DNA from: Camelus ferus
Lineage: Eukaryota
DNA: 64,000 bases
NCBI RefSeq assembly: GCF_009834535.1
Contig: NC_045696.1
Location: 32,180,001-32,244,000, forward strand
Reading direction: 5' to 3'
Of the stretch, positions 49,765 to 64,000 are shown piece by piece (position 1 is the first letter of the stretch; the number at the start of each line of letters is the position of its first letter). The notes beneath the pieces are model-generated. The model was not told the origin of the DNA. It ran no database searches and worked only from the letters and a program-made list of their open reading frames with translations. Made by a program: the position numbers and the translations under genes.

Positions 49765-50853
49765 TGCTTTATCTTTTCCTGTTTGTTGGTATTTTTGGAT
49801 GGGGGATTTTATTTCTGTCAGTTATTCTGTTAATTTATTTTTTCTAGTATAGAGGAAAAGCACCTGGATTGAGTTTAAAAACTAATTTCATTATGCAAAT
49901 AGCTATATAGTATGTGCATGCATTGCATGTTATTTGGATAGTAAGTATCTGCCGAGAATATTATGATTTCATTATGCAATAAATCGGAACCTTATTTTTA
50001 AGGACAATTTTTAGTAGATTCATGATGAACTCTAAATGATATGAATTGTTAACCTTTAACTATTAAAATGTTATTATTAGTATTCAGCATGGGCAATCCA
50101 TTTCCTAAACATAATCAGAGGGAAAACCAGCTTTTATTCTCCTAATGTGTAGAAAATATGCATACTGAAATGCATTTACATTTATTAAACCTCCTCTAAA
50201 TAGCTGCATGCTCCAATGGAATAGACCTACTAGGAGATTTTTTTAAAAAATAGAAATTAAGTTAATTTTGTTAGAGTTATGGACCTTATGATTCCATCTT
50301 GCATTATAATGCTATATATTTTGTGTAAAATCAGTTGTAAGATTATATGGAGTTCTTGGAAAAGTGCTCTTATAAATGGCTGATAGATCAAATTTCAACC
50401 CAAGCTGAATGACATTGTATGATTGGCTCCCCATTACATGATACTGACTTCTAACAGCTAGTTGAGTTGGGGGCTTCTAGCTGGCTCAGTTTTTAAAAGT
50501 CCTGAATTCCATATATATTCAATAATTTATTTATAATTTTACCTGGAAAAAAATTTAATAATAATTCTTCCTTTACAAAGGCTGTAGGTTTGACATTGCC
50601 ATATTGTGACTTCTATTTTCTTCTGCAAATTGATCCTTTTAATTAATTTTATGCTGAGTTTTCAGTTAAGTCAGGTTCAACCTGGACTCCCTCTACTATA
50701 AGGGTTGATTGAGGCTATACATTTCTCTAGGGATATCCCTATTTATGAAACATATTTTGTTTTTAGAGACTCACTCAAGACTTACTCATTTGTGATAATG
50801 ATCCATGATTTTTTTTATTCTTCCCAATAAATGTATTCAAATACTGTGTATAT

Positions 50854-51062
50854 TTGCATTGTCCAATATGGTATCCACTAGCTGCCTGTAACTATTTGTT
50901 TATATTTAATCATTTAAAATTAATTACATTAAAAATTTAGTTCCTCTATCATCCTAGCCTTATTTCAGGTCCTTAAGAACCAGATGTAGCTAGCAGTTAG
51001 AGTGGTACAGTAAAGATACAGAACATTTCCATTATTGCAGAAAATTCTATTGAGCAGTGCTA
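50854..51062. mobile_element. hAT-Charlie MITE (MER3-like)
   Basis: gcattgtccaatatggtatccactagc...aaaatttagttcctc...acagaacatttccattattgcagaaaattctattgagcagtgct; ends form imperfect inverted repeats (GCATTGTCCAATA / TATTGAGCAGTGC). Confidence 0.8.
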
Positions 51063-52521
51063 ATTCATATTTTTCTTACTGATTAATAATGTACCTGAAT
51101 TTACATTTTAAAAGTCAGCCTGAGTTCTTCACAGCTCTATGAATAGCAAAGCTGAAACTAGACTCCAGGTCTTTGGGCACCCAAAAAGATGCTTTTTGAG
51201 AGTTCAGCTGTCCCAGAAAGATCAGCCATTTATAATGCTCCATTTTTAATTTCCTATCCTCTCATCATTGACCCTACAACATGGGGTAAAGTTTGCAGTC
51301 AGGTGCATTTATACAAAGAAGATAATTATTAAGAGCTTCAGAAATTATATTTAATTATTGGTTTAAAAAAATGTATGGATCTGTTTAGGTTCTTCATTAT
51401 GACCTAAATATTGATGTTGTTCCATAAAATGTCTGCACAGTTTATAAGATTCAAACAAGCTTAGTGATGATAGTAGACTATGCAAGTGGGCTAAATTTAA
51501 TTTGTATCTTAAAGACCTTAAATTAGTCTGATGAACCTCATGACTAGTCAGAAGGTGAATGGTATTATTCAGATAGATTACTTACAGGCCATGAATATAT
51601 ATACCAGTGAATTCCTCTTCCAATGAGTCTTTTGGGGTTAGATCTCCCAAAGATCTAAATATCTATAAACCAGATAAATGAGCATGTTAAGACTAATCCA
51701 GTACTTCATCATCAAGGTACAGTAGTGGAAACAACTTCTATTGCTATAAGAAGTAAAAGCAGAATTTTAAAGACTATTTTATGATTCTATTTACTGAGAG
51801 AAGAGAAATTATCATTATATATAGTTTATTTCCTATGTAATTCCTCCTCCAAAATCAATTATAATTTTTCAGAATATACATATCAGATATTGAGATTTAA
51901 AAATATATTTACCTACTAGCAAATATGGTCTCCCTCATTTACACGTGATTCCAGTTCTAATCATCCTTCCCTTTGTGAAATACATGTTCATTTTCTTACT
52001 TACATACCAAAATATCATTAGGTGATACAAATCACAGCAGTGGCACTTGGACCTGGCCTGTGGCCAGTACGTCATGTCAATGTTTGGGTCCATGGAAGTT
52101 TAGGATAGCTCAACAGAGCATCTGGGAAGTAAAGCCTTCTACCTCACTTTTCCTGGAAATGGTGATTCTCTGCAATATAGCCAAAGTAAAAGAATAAACT
52201 ATGAATCTTACTTAAACAATAATCTTTAAATTCTTTTTTTTGATTTTCCATTTAATGATTTTACCCTCTTAACTGCATATCATTTGTATTTCATTTGATT
52301 TATTTTCTCCATTTTATTTCCCAAATTTAGGTGATTACATATTTAAGGAAAAATTACTGTATCACTTTAATTTCCCCTTTCTTTCCTATAATTTACTATA
52401 ATCATAAAAATATTCTTAAACTTATATGTCACGTTTGAGTAATAGTTTGATTCATACTGAATCCACATTAAAAATCACCTATCTGACCTACTGATGCTTA
52501 ATTCATATGACTTCTTCATGT

Positions 52522-52620
52522 AAGTGGTTCTGACCAGCATATTCATTCTTATCACCTGAGGAATTTTAAGGAAAAAAATGCTGATGCTAGAAATTTCCCC
52601 AGACAAATTAAGAAATCTCT
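52522..52620. mobile_element. MER5-like DNA transposon fragment
   Basis: agtggttct...cagcat...atcacctgaggaattttaagg...aaatgctgatgct...ccccagac. Confidence 0.45.
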
Positions 52621-53209
52621 ACACAAAGTATGATAATGTATTTTTATTTGCCAGTTCATCTCTATTTTTCTCAAATACTTGTAATTCCACCCTTCATGGA
52701 ATTTAGCTAGAACCTGAAAACAACCTGATTGTCAGAAAGCTGGTATGTGGGTATATATGTATGCATGCTTGTATTGTGTCACTCCAACTTAATTAATAAT
52801 TGGGGAATACCCCGTAAGACATCTTAATTCTTTATCAGCAAGTTTATAGAGGAATATTTTGTGGCTGACTTCCAATTATTTAATCTATATATCAGAATGT
52901 AGTTTGGTCTGGATATTACAAGAATCCCACAGATAGTTCCTTCTTAAGAATACAGTTTGAACTTTGTTATTTTTTCTCTGATTTTGATTATCCAATGAAA
53001 GCAATTTGAATACAAAGGTGGAAGAATGCATAAAAACTTATACTAAACCCATTATATACCCATCTGAAAACAAGTCTGATCTATTTTATGACACCTTTGT
53101 TCTCGTAGCTTTCAGGCTTCTCTTGTCACAGTATAGGCATATACTTCCCTAGAATTGTGCTTATTTACCCTGATCAAGATTATTGGTTGAATACAAACCA
53201 AGGTGACAT

Positions 53210-53599
53210 TTGTATTGTAAATTTTAAAACTTCATGTTTTCCTGATGCCTCAAAATTCCTGCAAGCAATCTGAGCACCCAACCCAGGTGACCAAGAGCAC
53301 CGGCTGGTCCCTGCCACAAGTTCTTCTTGTTCTCCTCTGATAGTGATCTAGTGATATTCAAACAGTCCAGTGAAATTCCCTCACTCCTTTTACTTGTATT
53401 CTACCTGAATCTGTGATAAAGATGCTTGGAGGTCATCCCATATGGTCCCCAGCATGGCTTGAAGTACCTCCCTCTTCTAGACCATATGAATAAAATAAAT
53501 CCTTTAATTTTATATGTTTCTTCAAGGGTAATTTATATAGCTATGTTCAAGAGATTCTTAAAGACCCCCACAAGGGGGATTTAGTACCCTATTATAGCA
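53210..53599 (+). mobile_element. Probable old solo LTR (ERVL-like, family not assigned)
   Basis: Begins near TGT and ends ...TATAGCA; higher GC than flanks; AATAAA cluster at about 53489-53499 followed by a U5-like tail aagaccccacaaggggga. Confidence 0.4.
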
Positions 53600-56500
53600 C
53601 TAGTAGAAAAACAACTTTGATATATTTCTCTTAACCATTCTGAGTTTAAAACATTGTTTATTTTAAACTGTTAAATAGCATTGTTTTCTCTACACTTTTC
53701 CTGTAGCCTTACCATTGTTGAATATAATCTGATTGCCACAAAGATGTATTGCCTAAGTCCAGGAAAATCTGCAAATATAGAACCAATGAAGTCTTTAACC
53801 AGTGTTTTTAGTGGGATATCCAATGTTTCTAATCAAGGTCAGTTCCTAAGTAACATGTAAATTTATTCAATCTAATATTGATGAGGTTAGATACAACATA
53901 GTGATTAATTGTACAGGACTTTTACGAAGTTTTCAAGATAAAGATATTCTGTCCCTGTATAAAATAATTGGTCATATGGAGTATGTGAATGCAAATAACT
54001 TACTTTAGTCCTAATATTATATGGTGTTTTATTATGGTCTCTTGAAATCTATTGTTTCATAAGCAGACTTTATCTTATCTTTCATTCACCTTAAATTACC
54101 AATAGAAAGTTGTCACTCATTTTATATGAATTCTTATATGTAACCTTATCGATGTATAAAATGTATCATGATTTTTCACAAGTAATGGCAAGTAATATTT
54201 AATTTAGATACATCAAAATAAATTTTGTCCCATGAAAATTACAGCAAACAGTAATGGGTAAGTTCAAAGAAGACTTTAAGAGAATTAAAAAAATTCCCTT
54301 GGCTCTCAGAAATTATTGTGTTTTAAGGAAGCAAGATAGGTGGGTAGATAGAAAGGGGGAAGGAATGTGAGAACACGTAAATATCTCTATTCCTAGAACA
54401 CTTGTGCTCAAACAAGACACAATTTTTTATCCAAAATATTTGATCCTTGCATCCTCATTATTCACTGACCTATACTAAGCCACTTAGAAGACAATACATT
54501 TCATTAATTTATGTAGCATTTTCTAGTTTCAAAAGGTTTTCATCTTTCAAAGGATGCTCATAATATCTCTGAGATATGTTTCCACACATGTATTTTACAG
54601 GTAAAGAAATAAATTGACTACTATATACCAGGCTCCATGCTAATTACTTTAAATACCTTACCATTAGTATTCTCAATGTTTCAGAGAGTATAAGTGACTT
54701 ACCTAATTGTGTCACTCTACATTATACCATAAGGACCCATTTGAAATGTGATGATTCTTTTTACAAGCTTTAGTGCAAATGTTTCCTTTTAACCTATTAT
54801 TTGGCAAAGAGTATGTTTCTTCTGAATTGATGTGTTGTAATTGAATGAAATATCCACATAGCCTTCCATTCTATTGAATTCTACTAAATCACAAGCCTTC
54901 CCATTAACAATGGGACTGCTTTAAAAATCCTGATCTGGAGAGATACACATAATAATCAGATACATTGGAATTACAATGCAAATTGATAGTTAATTTAGAA
55001 CAGAGTTTGAAGATGATATACCTTAGTATGAATAATATTTCAATTTACAGTGTATCTTCATGTTAAGAAAAAAAACTTTTAGAGCATATTATTTATGAAC
55101 ACAATCACTAACTTTAAAAAATAAGTCAAATAATTTTCAAGATGCATTTGGATGAATGATTACCACAAAAATGCAACTTTACATTTACATAAGCTACCAT
55201 ATTCTGAACTTGCTCTTGTTTTTAAGCACAAATTCATAGACATACAAAAATACATGCCAAATACATCACCTTTTGACATTTTGTATCAAGTGAATTATGA
55301 GGTTCAGTTTACATTGTAGCAACATGTTAATGAGAGGGCACATCTTTTATATTTAAAAATATATGCAAATAAGATACTTCCCACAATTAAGTAACAACAG
55401 CAATTAAGAAAAAATATATAAATATTTCTTTCCTATATAACCCAACTGTGGATTATGTTAGGGGTATCATAACATGGAAGTATAAATAATTAATCTACCC
55501 AGGATGTCTTTAGAATTGTTTTGGTTCTATTTTCCTGAGGGTATGACACATCATTAAGATACCAATTAAATCAATGAAGTGGATTTCTTTCAATCTATGT
55601 GCTCAAAGAAATGAACAACTGGGAATTCTTTATTTCTGAAACTAAGAAAATGTATTTATTTTTAAATTTAACATTTATAAAGAAACTTCATGAGAATTTT
55701 TACATCTTTTCACTCGCTCAGGGCTATTATTTGTACTGTTGCCAAAAATATTATTTTTCCAGATCCACAGTATTTTAGAAGAATGCATTTAGTAGATAAA
55801 ATAAAGCACAAATGCTTACACACTTATTTTTACTATCAAATATAAAAACATGTTTTCACAGAATATTTAGGATAGTTGTCAGTAGTTTAATAATGTTAAT
55901 AAATTTTGACTTAGCAGTTTTCTAGTGTTTGAATAATTATATAGATATATATTTTCTATCCTGGTGATTTATTATAAACTCTGATATTTAGATGATATCA
56001 GAATATAAATACCAATTAACACAACTTCCTGAGTTTCCAGTGTCTTTACCAATGAACTTTGAAATGATTTAATATTTCTAGATTTAAGTTGCCATGATTT
56101 AAATGCACAGCAGTCACTAGTAATAGAAATAATTTTACTGATTGATTTTTAGGTATATTAAAACATAATTTTAGTATTAGAAGATATTTGTTTAATTTTA
56201 GTGTATCAGTAAAATGACTGAATCTCAGTTGCACAATTGCAAAAAATAATGTTTATGTAATATGTTGAATAAATATATATTAAAATTAATGTATATAACA
56301 TTCAAATACAGAATCATTAGTGTTCTTAATCCTGAAGTAGACAACTAAAAGGTTTTTCTTTATATGAATATGTATTCACACAAAAATATTAAAATAGATT
56401 CTTTTCTATCTTGACCACTTTCTACCTTATCAGAAAGAGCAGGATAAATTTATTTTCATAATTCTTAGGATGGAGTAAATTTTAGCTACTGGTAATTCAC

Positions 56501-56769
56501 CAGTGAGAGTCAGAATTCCTTAGTGAGTCAGGTCATTGGTTTCAGCTGTTCTTTCCTTTGTTGCATTCTGTCCCCAGCAGGGAAAACTGCACCAACACAC
56601 TTTATCTGCAGTGTCATGGAATATATTTTTATACTTATTATGTATTCCTAGTAATGGGTTACAGAGACTCTCCTCAAGAATGGAAAAGTGCTGCTTTTGG
56701 AGTGACAAAGAACACTCAAAGTGGTGAGAAAATACAGGAAAAACTCAATGATTTTTTAGAATGTTTTTT

Positions 56770-56772
<3 letters not shown>

Positions 56773-56801
<29 letters not shown>
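56773..56801. repeat. (GT)n microsatellite
   Basis: Directly visible. Confidence 0.95.
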
Positions 56802-57643
56802 ATATTAGTGAACTGTCCACACTTTATTTTCCAAATCCATTTGGAAATTTGGAATTAGGGATTAATAATCCATAGATTATTATGAAAAAATATCAAGTGA
56901 AATTAAATTTTATTATCTAGCAAGGTATTTCCCTTCCTAAGTTTTCAATGCTTATTTTCTGTAAAAGGCAATTTATGGTTGCAGTTATTGGCATATTGTA
57001 CTATTCTAATAATTCCCTTCATAAGGACAAAAATTTACTGTATCTTATCAGTAGTTCCTGGTAAATATAATTTGTGTAAAGTAAATGGTGAACATCAGAA
57101 ACTATTTTGTCTTTATAAGAGTACTATATTCTTCACAGTAGTCTCACCATCCCAAAGACAGCCCGGTGTGATGGAATACCTGGGGACTAGTGTAACTCTA
57201 ACAGCATCACTTTGAGCAAACATTCACATTCCCTTGGCTTTAGTTGCTTTGTAGTAAGCTATAGTATTTAAGGATTTGAAAGGCAGGATGGGTGTGGCTT
57301 CTTTCATCCTCATTTAGGAAGCTGAGGGCAATGCTGAGAAATGGTAGAAGTGCAATTAACCCGGCAAGTTTGAGTTTTGCGTATTGAGCTCATTATAAGA
57401 AAAGGTACTGCATCCATCGTAGTCATCCAGTTGTGCAAGCTGGGAATTTTCTGTCTGGTTGGAACATGAGGGCCAAACACAGGACACAGAATTAACCCTG
57501 CTGCTAACCCTTCTGCAATAATATCGGTCTTCCTATTGGTCTTTTAAAATTTTACTCCCTTGAGCATCCTCTAATTATTTAAAAATATCCTTGAGAAGTA
57601 GGTATGAAGTTATTGTCACTATAAATACATTTTAACAATGGCA

Positions 57644-57665
57644 ACACACACACACACACACACAC
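57644..57665. repeat. (CA)n microsatellite
   Basis: Directly visible. Confidence 0.9.
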
Positions 57666-59691
57666 GTAACATCTATTTTCTCCTGTGAGTAAAGAGAGCA
57701 AGATCTTTGGTATTTTCTTGAATTATCAAGTCATATGCTTAAATTCACCATTTGAGGCAAGACAATTTAAGTTTATGGGAATTTCATCTGAATGTCATAT
57801 TTTGGCTTTTGAGTTATTTCTTTGCATTGATCAATATTTATATGTTCATAATTACATGATATAGTTGGCATGTGCTAACTTCTTATCTCAGAGTACTTGT
57901 GCTTTACCAGCTTATACAATTAATAAACTGTGGCTCATTGATTTTGTATTTAATACTGTGAGTTTTTCTTTGTAGACCAAATCACATATGTATTTATTAT
58001 ATGCATATTTTATTTATGAGAGCTATAGGTTATCATGCAGAAAAGCTACAAAGAAGCTTAAGGAAAGCATGAAAGAAAGACATTCTAGAATAGTCAGTCA
58101 AAGTAAAAATGTAAGTTGGGCTATGATATCTAATTAACTAATGAGGAATTGTATCCATTTTTATGGGCTTTGGTAATTTTAGCAAAAATGAGAGAGGATT
58201 TTGGGGCTCAATTTTCTCTCTCAAATAAGAGGTAATTATATTTATGATATATAAGGGCTTTTTTTTTTTCCAAAGAAAAATTACCTTGCGAGAAGGGAGA
58301 AACATCTTACCTGTGGACTGATGGGAGGAACGTGGGAAGTACAAGCCTGGGTGGGGAGGTACCTGGAGATGAAAGAGGACAGGAAAGTGGGGCTGAACAG
58401 AACAGATGGCAAGTTTAGTTTCAGCCTGGAATTCAAGACCAGTGGATAGGGAGGGCCATTAGCACATGGGCACAAATACTTAATCACCTAAAGATGAACA
58501 TTCCATAAACCGGGGTTATAGTTAAGATTCAGGAACCAAAGAGTCATCAGTTTAAAAATGTGGGCTCAGCCCTCAGAAAGCTACATATATGTTCTTAAAA
58601 GGCTTGCACTCTACCAGGTTTTGTTGGATCATGCATAAAGTTACATAATAATTACATAACTTACATGCATAAAATTATATCTAAATTACTGTATATATTT
58701 TTATTTGGCATTTTAAGCACAATTATCCTTATTCAGTGCAACTGGGATTCATTGTTCTTTCAGTTGTGAAAACTAGAAAATGTATAGTTAATAATGCTAA
58801 TACAAGTTAACACAAATTAAATTCTTTATTAGAAAACAATAATTTTTTTTTGTAAGGTTCTAAGGTCATGGAAGACATAGTGTCTTCAATATGTATTCAG
58901 TAACTCAGGAGGAAAGTGAGAAGATTATGGGGGAAATTGAAGTTACAGGGCAAATAATGCTCCAAACTGAAACTAAATATATAAATTGATAGTATATATT
59001 AGAATAAGGATTTAAGACACAGCTGTATTCTCAAGCACCTTTTAAAAACTGTTCTTATAAGCCCTGTCATATCTAGAAACACGCCTGGAAATGTTCCAAG
59101 TGCTTTGCAAACATTCTCTCACTTAATTCTACATTGATCCTGAGGTAGCATTATTATCTTGAGGTTTTTGTAGCTTAAAAAGGTTAAATAACTTGCTAAA
59201 ATTCACATACCCAGTGATTAGAAGTTATTTAGACAGTTTGGACTTAGAGCCAGTTTCTCTGGGTCATATATCCTTTTAAAATTGCTGCTGCTTCTCAGAT
59301 GCATGGCATAATATCACAGCTTGTCTTTAACCTGGCAGGATTCACAGTCTTGCTTTTAATTAGCTAATTATAAATGCTGGTTATCTAAATTAGCTGTTCT
59401 CACTCCTTAGGGGTGTAGAACCCAGAGACTCTGCTTTTGAGAGCGCCCTGGTCCTCGCTGAAACCAACTTACATAAAACCCATGATGTCTAATCCAGGTC
59501 CTTTAAACTTGATTTCTTGACAGTGAAGGTAAATTTCGTCAGGGACTAGATACGTGGATCACATAGTATTTAGTCTGTCATTTTCCTCTGTCTGGCTTCA
59601 TCTTTTGTAAAAAAACCCCCCAGATTTCATATGAGAACTAGCTATCTTATTTAATACAATGAAAGAAATTAACTTCTCATGCTTCCTGAGC

Positions 59692-59945
59692 AGCAGTAGA
59701 TTACAGTTTTCAAAGCACAGACTCTGGAGACGAGATGTTTGGGTTTAAATCTCAGTTCTGCCAGTTAGTACCTGTATAACATTGGACAAAACAGTTAAAC
59801 ATTTAGTGCCTCAGTTTCCTGAAATTTCTAAAATTGGGATGAGAACAGTACCTAACTGGTAGGATACGTTTTGTGAGAATTAAATATGTAACACATATAA
59901 AGTGCTTCAACAGGCATATAGGAAGCATTGTAAAAATAAAAAACA
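59692..59945 (+). mobile_element. Near full-length MIR SINE
   Basis: agcacagactctggagacgagatgtttgggtttaaatctcagttctgcca...gtgcctcagtttcct...taaaattgggatgagaacagtaccta...tgtgagaattaaat...taaagtgctt. Confidence 0.85.
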
Positions 59946-60334
59946 ATTTGTTCTATTAGTACTGTTTGAGGAAGAGGAAGAGGAAGAGTAATAGTAGTAG
60001 CTTCATACAGAAACAGCTATTGATGTGCTTTGACCAAAACCTCTTACTTATTTCTTAACAGTAAACCCTATTATATATCATATTTTAAATATAACAGTAT
60101 GCTTTTATCTATAAGATTTTAATTGACTTCCAACCCATTTTTATTCCAGCATATTCTCTAGAAATACAGATAGAAGGAGATACTGCTGATAAAAATAATT
60201 TAAACTTTCTTTAGATAAAACTCACAATTATCTGGAACTCCCCTGGGCCTCATAGTCTCTTGTGTTTTGGGCAATTTAGCACATTTTCACATCTCAATAT
60301 AGCTACTTTCTCTAGTCTTGTTACCATCTGCTTC

Positions 60335-60758
60335 TTTCAGTAGATAATAAGATTACTTGCTCTGTCTGTGCAGCTACAACCATCCAACCCCCAAATCTAT
60401 TAATGACCCCCAAATCTCAGTGGCTTAACTTCATGGAGGTTTATTTCTGATCCAGCTAGATGTTGGCCCAACCTGGGCTAGAAGAAGAATCTGTTCATTT
60501 TCACCATTCAGAGATCCAGGCTCCTGAGACCCCACTTCAGCATATGCTTCCCTGCTTTTACCATCATTCCAGTAGAGGGAGGGAGGTGGTGAAGTAGGAG
60601 AGGTTCTAAAACAACTGACAAGAAGAAACTCATATCACTTCTACCCATGTTTCTTCAGCCAAAGCAAATCACATGTTTACACTTCAAAGGAAGAAAAGGA
60701 GAGTGGATCTGTCTGTGTCAGAGAAGAGTTTTTGGAAACAGCTCTCATGATCTTCACA
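60335..60758 (-). mobile_element. Old MaLR LTR (MLT1J/K-like)
   Basis: cccccaaatctcagtggcttaa...ggtttatttct...cattcagagatccaggct...atcacttctacccatgtttcttcagccaaagcaaatcacatg. Confidence 0.7.
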
Positions 60759-61914
60759 CTGGGAAACTCACTTATCTTCTCTCTTGCACTGTGATCTTAG
60801 CTGCCTAGCCACTGGCCTTTCAAGTTAGCTTTCTGATCAAATATATACTGTGAACCAGTTAAAAATGTACAAACTCTTGATTTGAATATGGAATTTTTTC
60901 TTAACATTTGGTTGCTTTACTAAGCATGCTTTATGTTCAAGGATGTGAAAATATGAATGAAAATGGAAATTATCCAAAAGGACATGGTGTTGGCAGACAG
61001 CCTCTTAGCACTCTGAATGCATATGGGAAGCTTGTCCCCCACCTACATTGCTCACAATATATGTATAATTGCTATAGGTATTTTTTAGATTATTTTTATT
61101 GAAATAGTTTAAATGGTTATAGACTTAGCATTATTATGAAGAAGAAAATGAACTAATTATTCCCAATGAGTTGAAGTGAGGATAAATTGCAGCAAATTTA
61201 GGTGATGATCTACCTTTCATCCCTGTGAAATGAAGAATCATAAGCTATGCACCTTTTAACTGAATCTCTTCATGGAAAATGAATAGGGCATGGCAGAGTC
61301 AATCTGTTAATTTCAGCTGTATTAACCAGCCAAAGGAATTCCTGCACTGTCTCTCTGAGTCAATATAAGTCAGGACGGTGACCTTAATGAACAAATTGTC
61401 TGCCAGTTAGTGGGGTTTGCTGAAGTGTAAAGGCAAAGATTTTGTTTTGTGTGTTTAGAAAGTAATTATTTTTCCAATTTATCTCATTATCTCATTTGAT
61501 ATTGTATTTAAAGACATACTGTAAATTTTCATAGCAAATATATTGTAAATTCTTTTAGGGATGAGATTACAATTACAGGCTAAGAACTCTAGCTAATGAT
61601 GAGCAAAACAATAGTACAAAACCAAACAAAGCTTCACAACCTAAATACTAAACACATTTTATATTTTAGTCTTTAGAATTATAAAATAATTTTAAAGTAA
61701 AATTAAACTAAAAAAGAGTAACTCCATTGTGAAAATAAGTGTATACTTAAAATATTTAAAATTTTTTTCCAGTCTGATTTCTAATGGTGTACCACAAAAT
61801 GCTTGTGTTAACGTTAACACTTCACTTTGAAAAAAAAATTAATCCCCAAAGTATCATTTCTGTTTCAAGAACTGTTCAAAGGTCAACTTTTAACTTCTAA
61901 CTCTTTGTCTAAAC

Positions 61915-62570
61915 TGTAAATCATCATCATCTCTATCCTAGGATATTGCCCTAACTTCATAAGTGGCCTCCCTATTGCTACCTTTATTTTTGTTTTCAAC
62001 GTGGCAGCCAGCATGTTTTTGATAAAAATATGAGTCAAAACATGTAATCCCATGGCTCACAGCTCTACAGTTGTTCCCATTTTACTCAGAGAAAACTAGA
62101 GTCTTCCCAATGGCCTATAAAGCTATACACAGCGTGGCTATTTCTGACTTGGTCTCCATATACACCTCCTACCACGTATGTCTGCTCCAGTAGCTCTGGT
62201 CTCTTTCCTGTGCCAGTAACATAGCTCAGATATCTCTTCATCAAGCCTCTTCATCTGTTTTTGCTGTTTGTTCCATTAATAATTTGTGATCCATTTGGGT
62301 TTTTACTGCATCAGAAATGTTGCAGGGTCTTATTCAAAAGTACCCTCTGTTAGCCTTTTCCAGACCACTCTCCTGACATACTTCCTCATCATCTATCCTT
62401 ACCCTGTTCATTTTCCATTATACTTACCACCAACATATTCTGTATTTTATAGATACATACACACACAATCTTTCTCACTTCTGTAAAATGTAAGTTTCAT
62501 GAGAGCAAGATTTGTTGGTCTGTTTTGTTCAATGCTGTGTCTCCAATACATGGAATTGAACTTGGAAAAT
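61915..62570 (+). mobile_element. L2a-like LINE 3' portion
   Basis: catcatctctatcctaggatattgc...ttttcaacgtggcagccag...ttcccattttactcagagaaaactagagtcttcccaatggcctataaagc...aatgtaagtttcatgagagcaagatttg...ttttgttcaatgctgtgtctcca. Confidence 0.8.
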
Positions 62571-63719
62571 GTTATTATTTGTACCAATAGACACAGAGAT
62601 GCTGAAAGATGTAAAAACATGGAACCTGAATAGAGAGCAAGCCATTTTTATCACTCAGAACAGAATTAATACAGTGCACATGCAGTCTGGAGCATATAAG
62701 ATCATGTGCCAAGTGTATGCCAAGCCATAAGGTAAATCTTGCACATCTTTCTGTAAAATCAGTCTAACCCAAAGACACGAGCTCTCACATAAAATGGACC
62801 ACTTATAGCCAAGTTCCATGTTTGTATAGAATGTTTACTGTTCTATGTCAAGGAGAAAGTTTTGTGAAATTTTTTTAGAGACATTGCTTTAACACATATA
62901 TGTTTTTTGAATTTGAATTCAACTTACATCCATGAATGTTTATTTGGTTATCTACCATGGGCAAGAAAATCATTACTATAGTTTCCAGATTTCTTTTATT
63001 GCTTCACTTCTTTGTATAGTTTTTTTTTTTAATGTTGGGTTGATTTTTATCAACCTTCTTAGAACAATACTGGGTACATATTAATCAATATCTATCTCAT
63101 CCATATTTCTATTTATATCAGGTTTCCTGTGATTCCAATAAAGAACATTTTCATTTTCTCAGTATTCTGTTTCCTAGTGTCAATGTATAGAACTAAATAG
63201 CAGTCTCTTATTTGCAAATCTATATGGTAAAGAATAGGGACTTTACCAAATAAACTAGCTTTCAGGATTATCATAAACATTGAAAGACTATAAGGCAGGG
63301 GAGAAATTAAAGTTGAAGACCACAAATATTTTATATTAGTGTAGTTTATCACCAGTTTGATAGACAAGGGGATTATTGCTGCCATGCTCAGTAATATAGG
63401 CAAGTAGAAATAATGGAATGATACAATTTAAATTGATCTGTGGGCAATTAAGTCCATGTATATTAGCTAGCATTTTTACTTGTGTGCACACAGATGAAGA
63501 TCAAGAAACAGGATATTTCACAATATGTGACATTTTGGATAAATTTAATTTACATGGAACATTTAATTTTTTCCCATCTCTACCTAATCTGCTAAATACC
63601 TGATGCTGACATGACAATATTATAAGCTTTGGGCCAAGCAGATTATCTGGATCAATATCAAACTAAGAAAAGTTATTTCAGTTTGGCATAAAAGGTTAAA
63701 TACAGACAATGAAGATAAA

Positions 63720-63890
63720 TTCTCTGGGTTTGAATTCCAACTTTGTTGCTCAGTAGCTGTATGACTTTGGGCAAGTTTTTTAACCTCTCTGTGCCTTGAT
63801 TTCCTCATCTGACAGATGAGATTAATATTCACACCTCCTAGGATTGCTGTGAGTTGATATCTGTAAACATTTAGAACAGTGGCTGCGTGT
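63720..63890 (+). mobile_element. MIR SINE
   Basis: ctgggtttgaattccaact...tagctgtatgactttgggcaagtttttaacctctctgtgccttgatttcctcatctg...taaacatttagaacagtg. Confidence 0.85.
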
Positions 63891-64000
63891 ACTATGTTAA
63901 CAACTAGACTTGGCATCCATGGTTTCTTAAGCAACACTCAGATAACCCAATAAGGTTCTTGTTGGCTTTCTGTAATTTTAACAGTAATTGTATTTTAGTA

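Noticed and set aside
60380..60418. Repeated ACCCCCAAATCT
   Set aside because: Small local duplication inside an old MaLR LTR with no sign of function.
1..64000. The many 60-135 aa ORFs in the supplied track outside L1 coding remnants
   Set aside because: Low-complexity F/L/I/K-rich translations, often with non-ATG starts or crossing microsatellites, and no recognisable domains; consistent with chance ORFs.

Overview
AT-rich, CpG-depleted mammalian non-coding DNA (intergenic or deep intronic). It is probably camelid, inferred from two tRNA-Ala-derived SINEs resembling the camelid Vic-1 family. I found no host protein-coding exon, RNA gene or CRISPR array that I can support. The interpretable content is almost all transposon-derived: two young LINE-1 insertions with target-site duplications (TSDs), a young ERV1-type solo LTR, older L1/L2/L3/MIR/MaLR/hAT remnants and microsatellites. 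The most unusual object is a 2.6 kb L1 at 17486-20089. It keeps the full 5' promoter, 3' UTR, tail and TSDs, but has two large internal deletions (the ORF1 RRM region and nearly all of ORF2), making it a candidate non-autonomous mini-L1. Also notable is a composite of two different L1 3' ends inside one TSD pair (possible 3' transduction). Repeat family names come from my recollection of consensus sequences, not from a search, and boundaries of old repeats are approximate.
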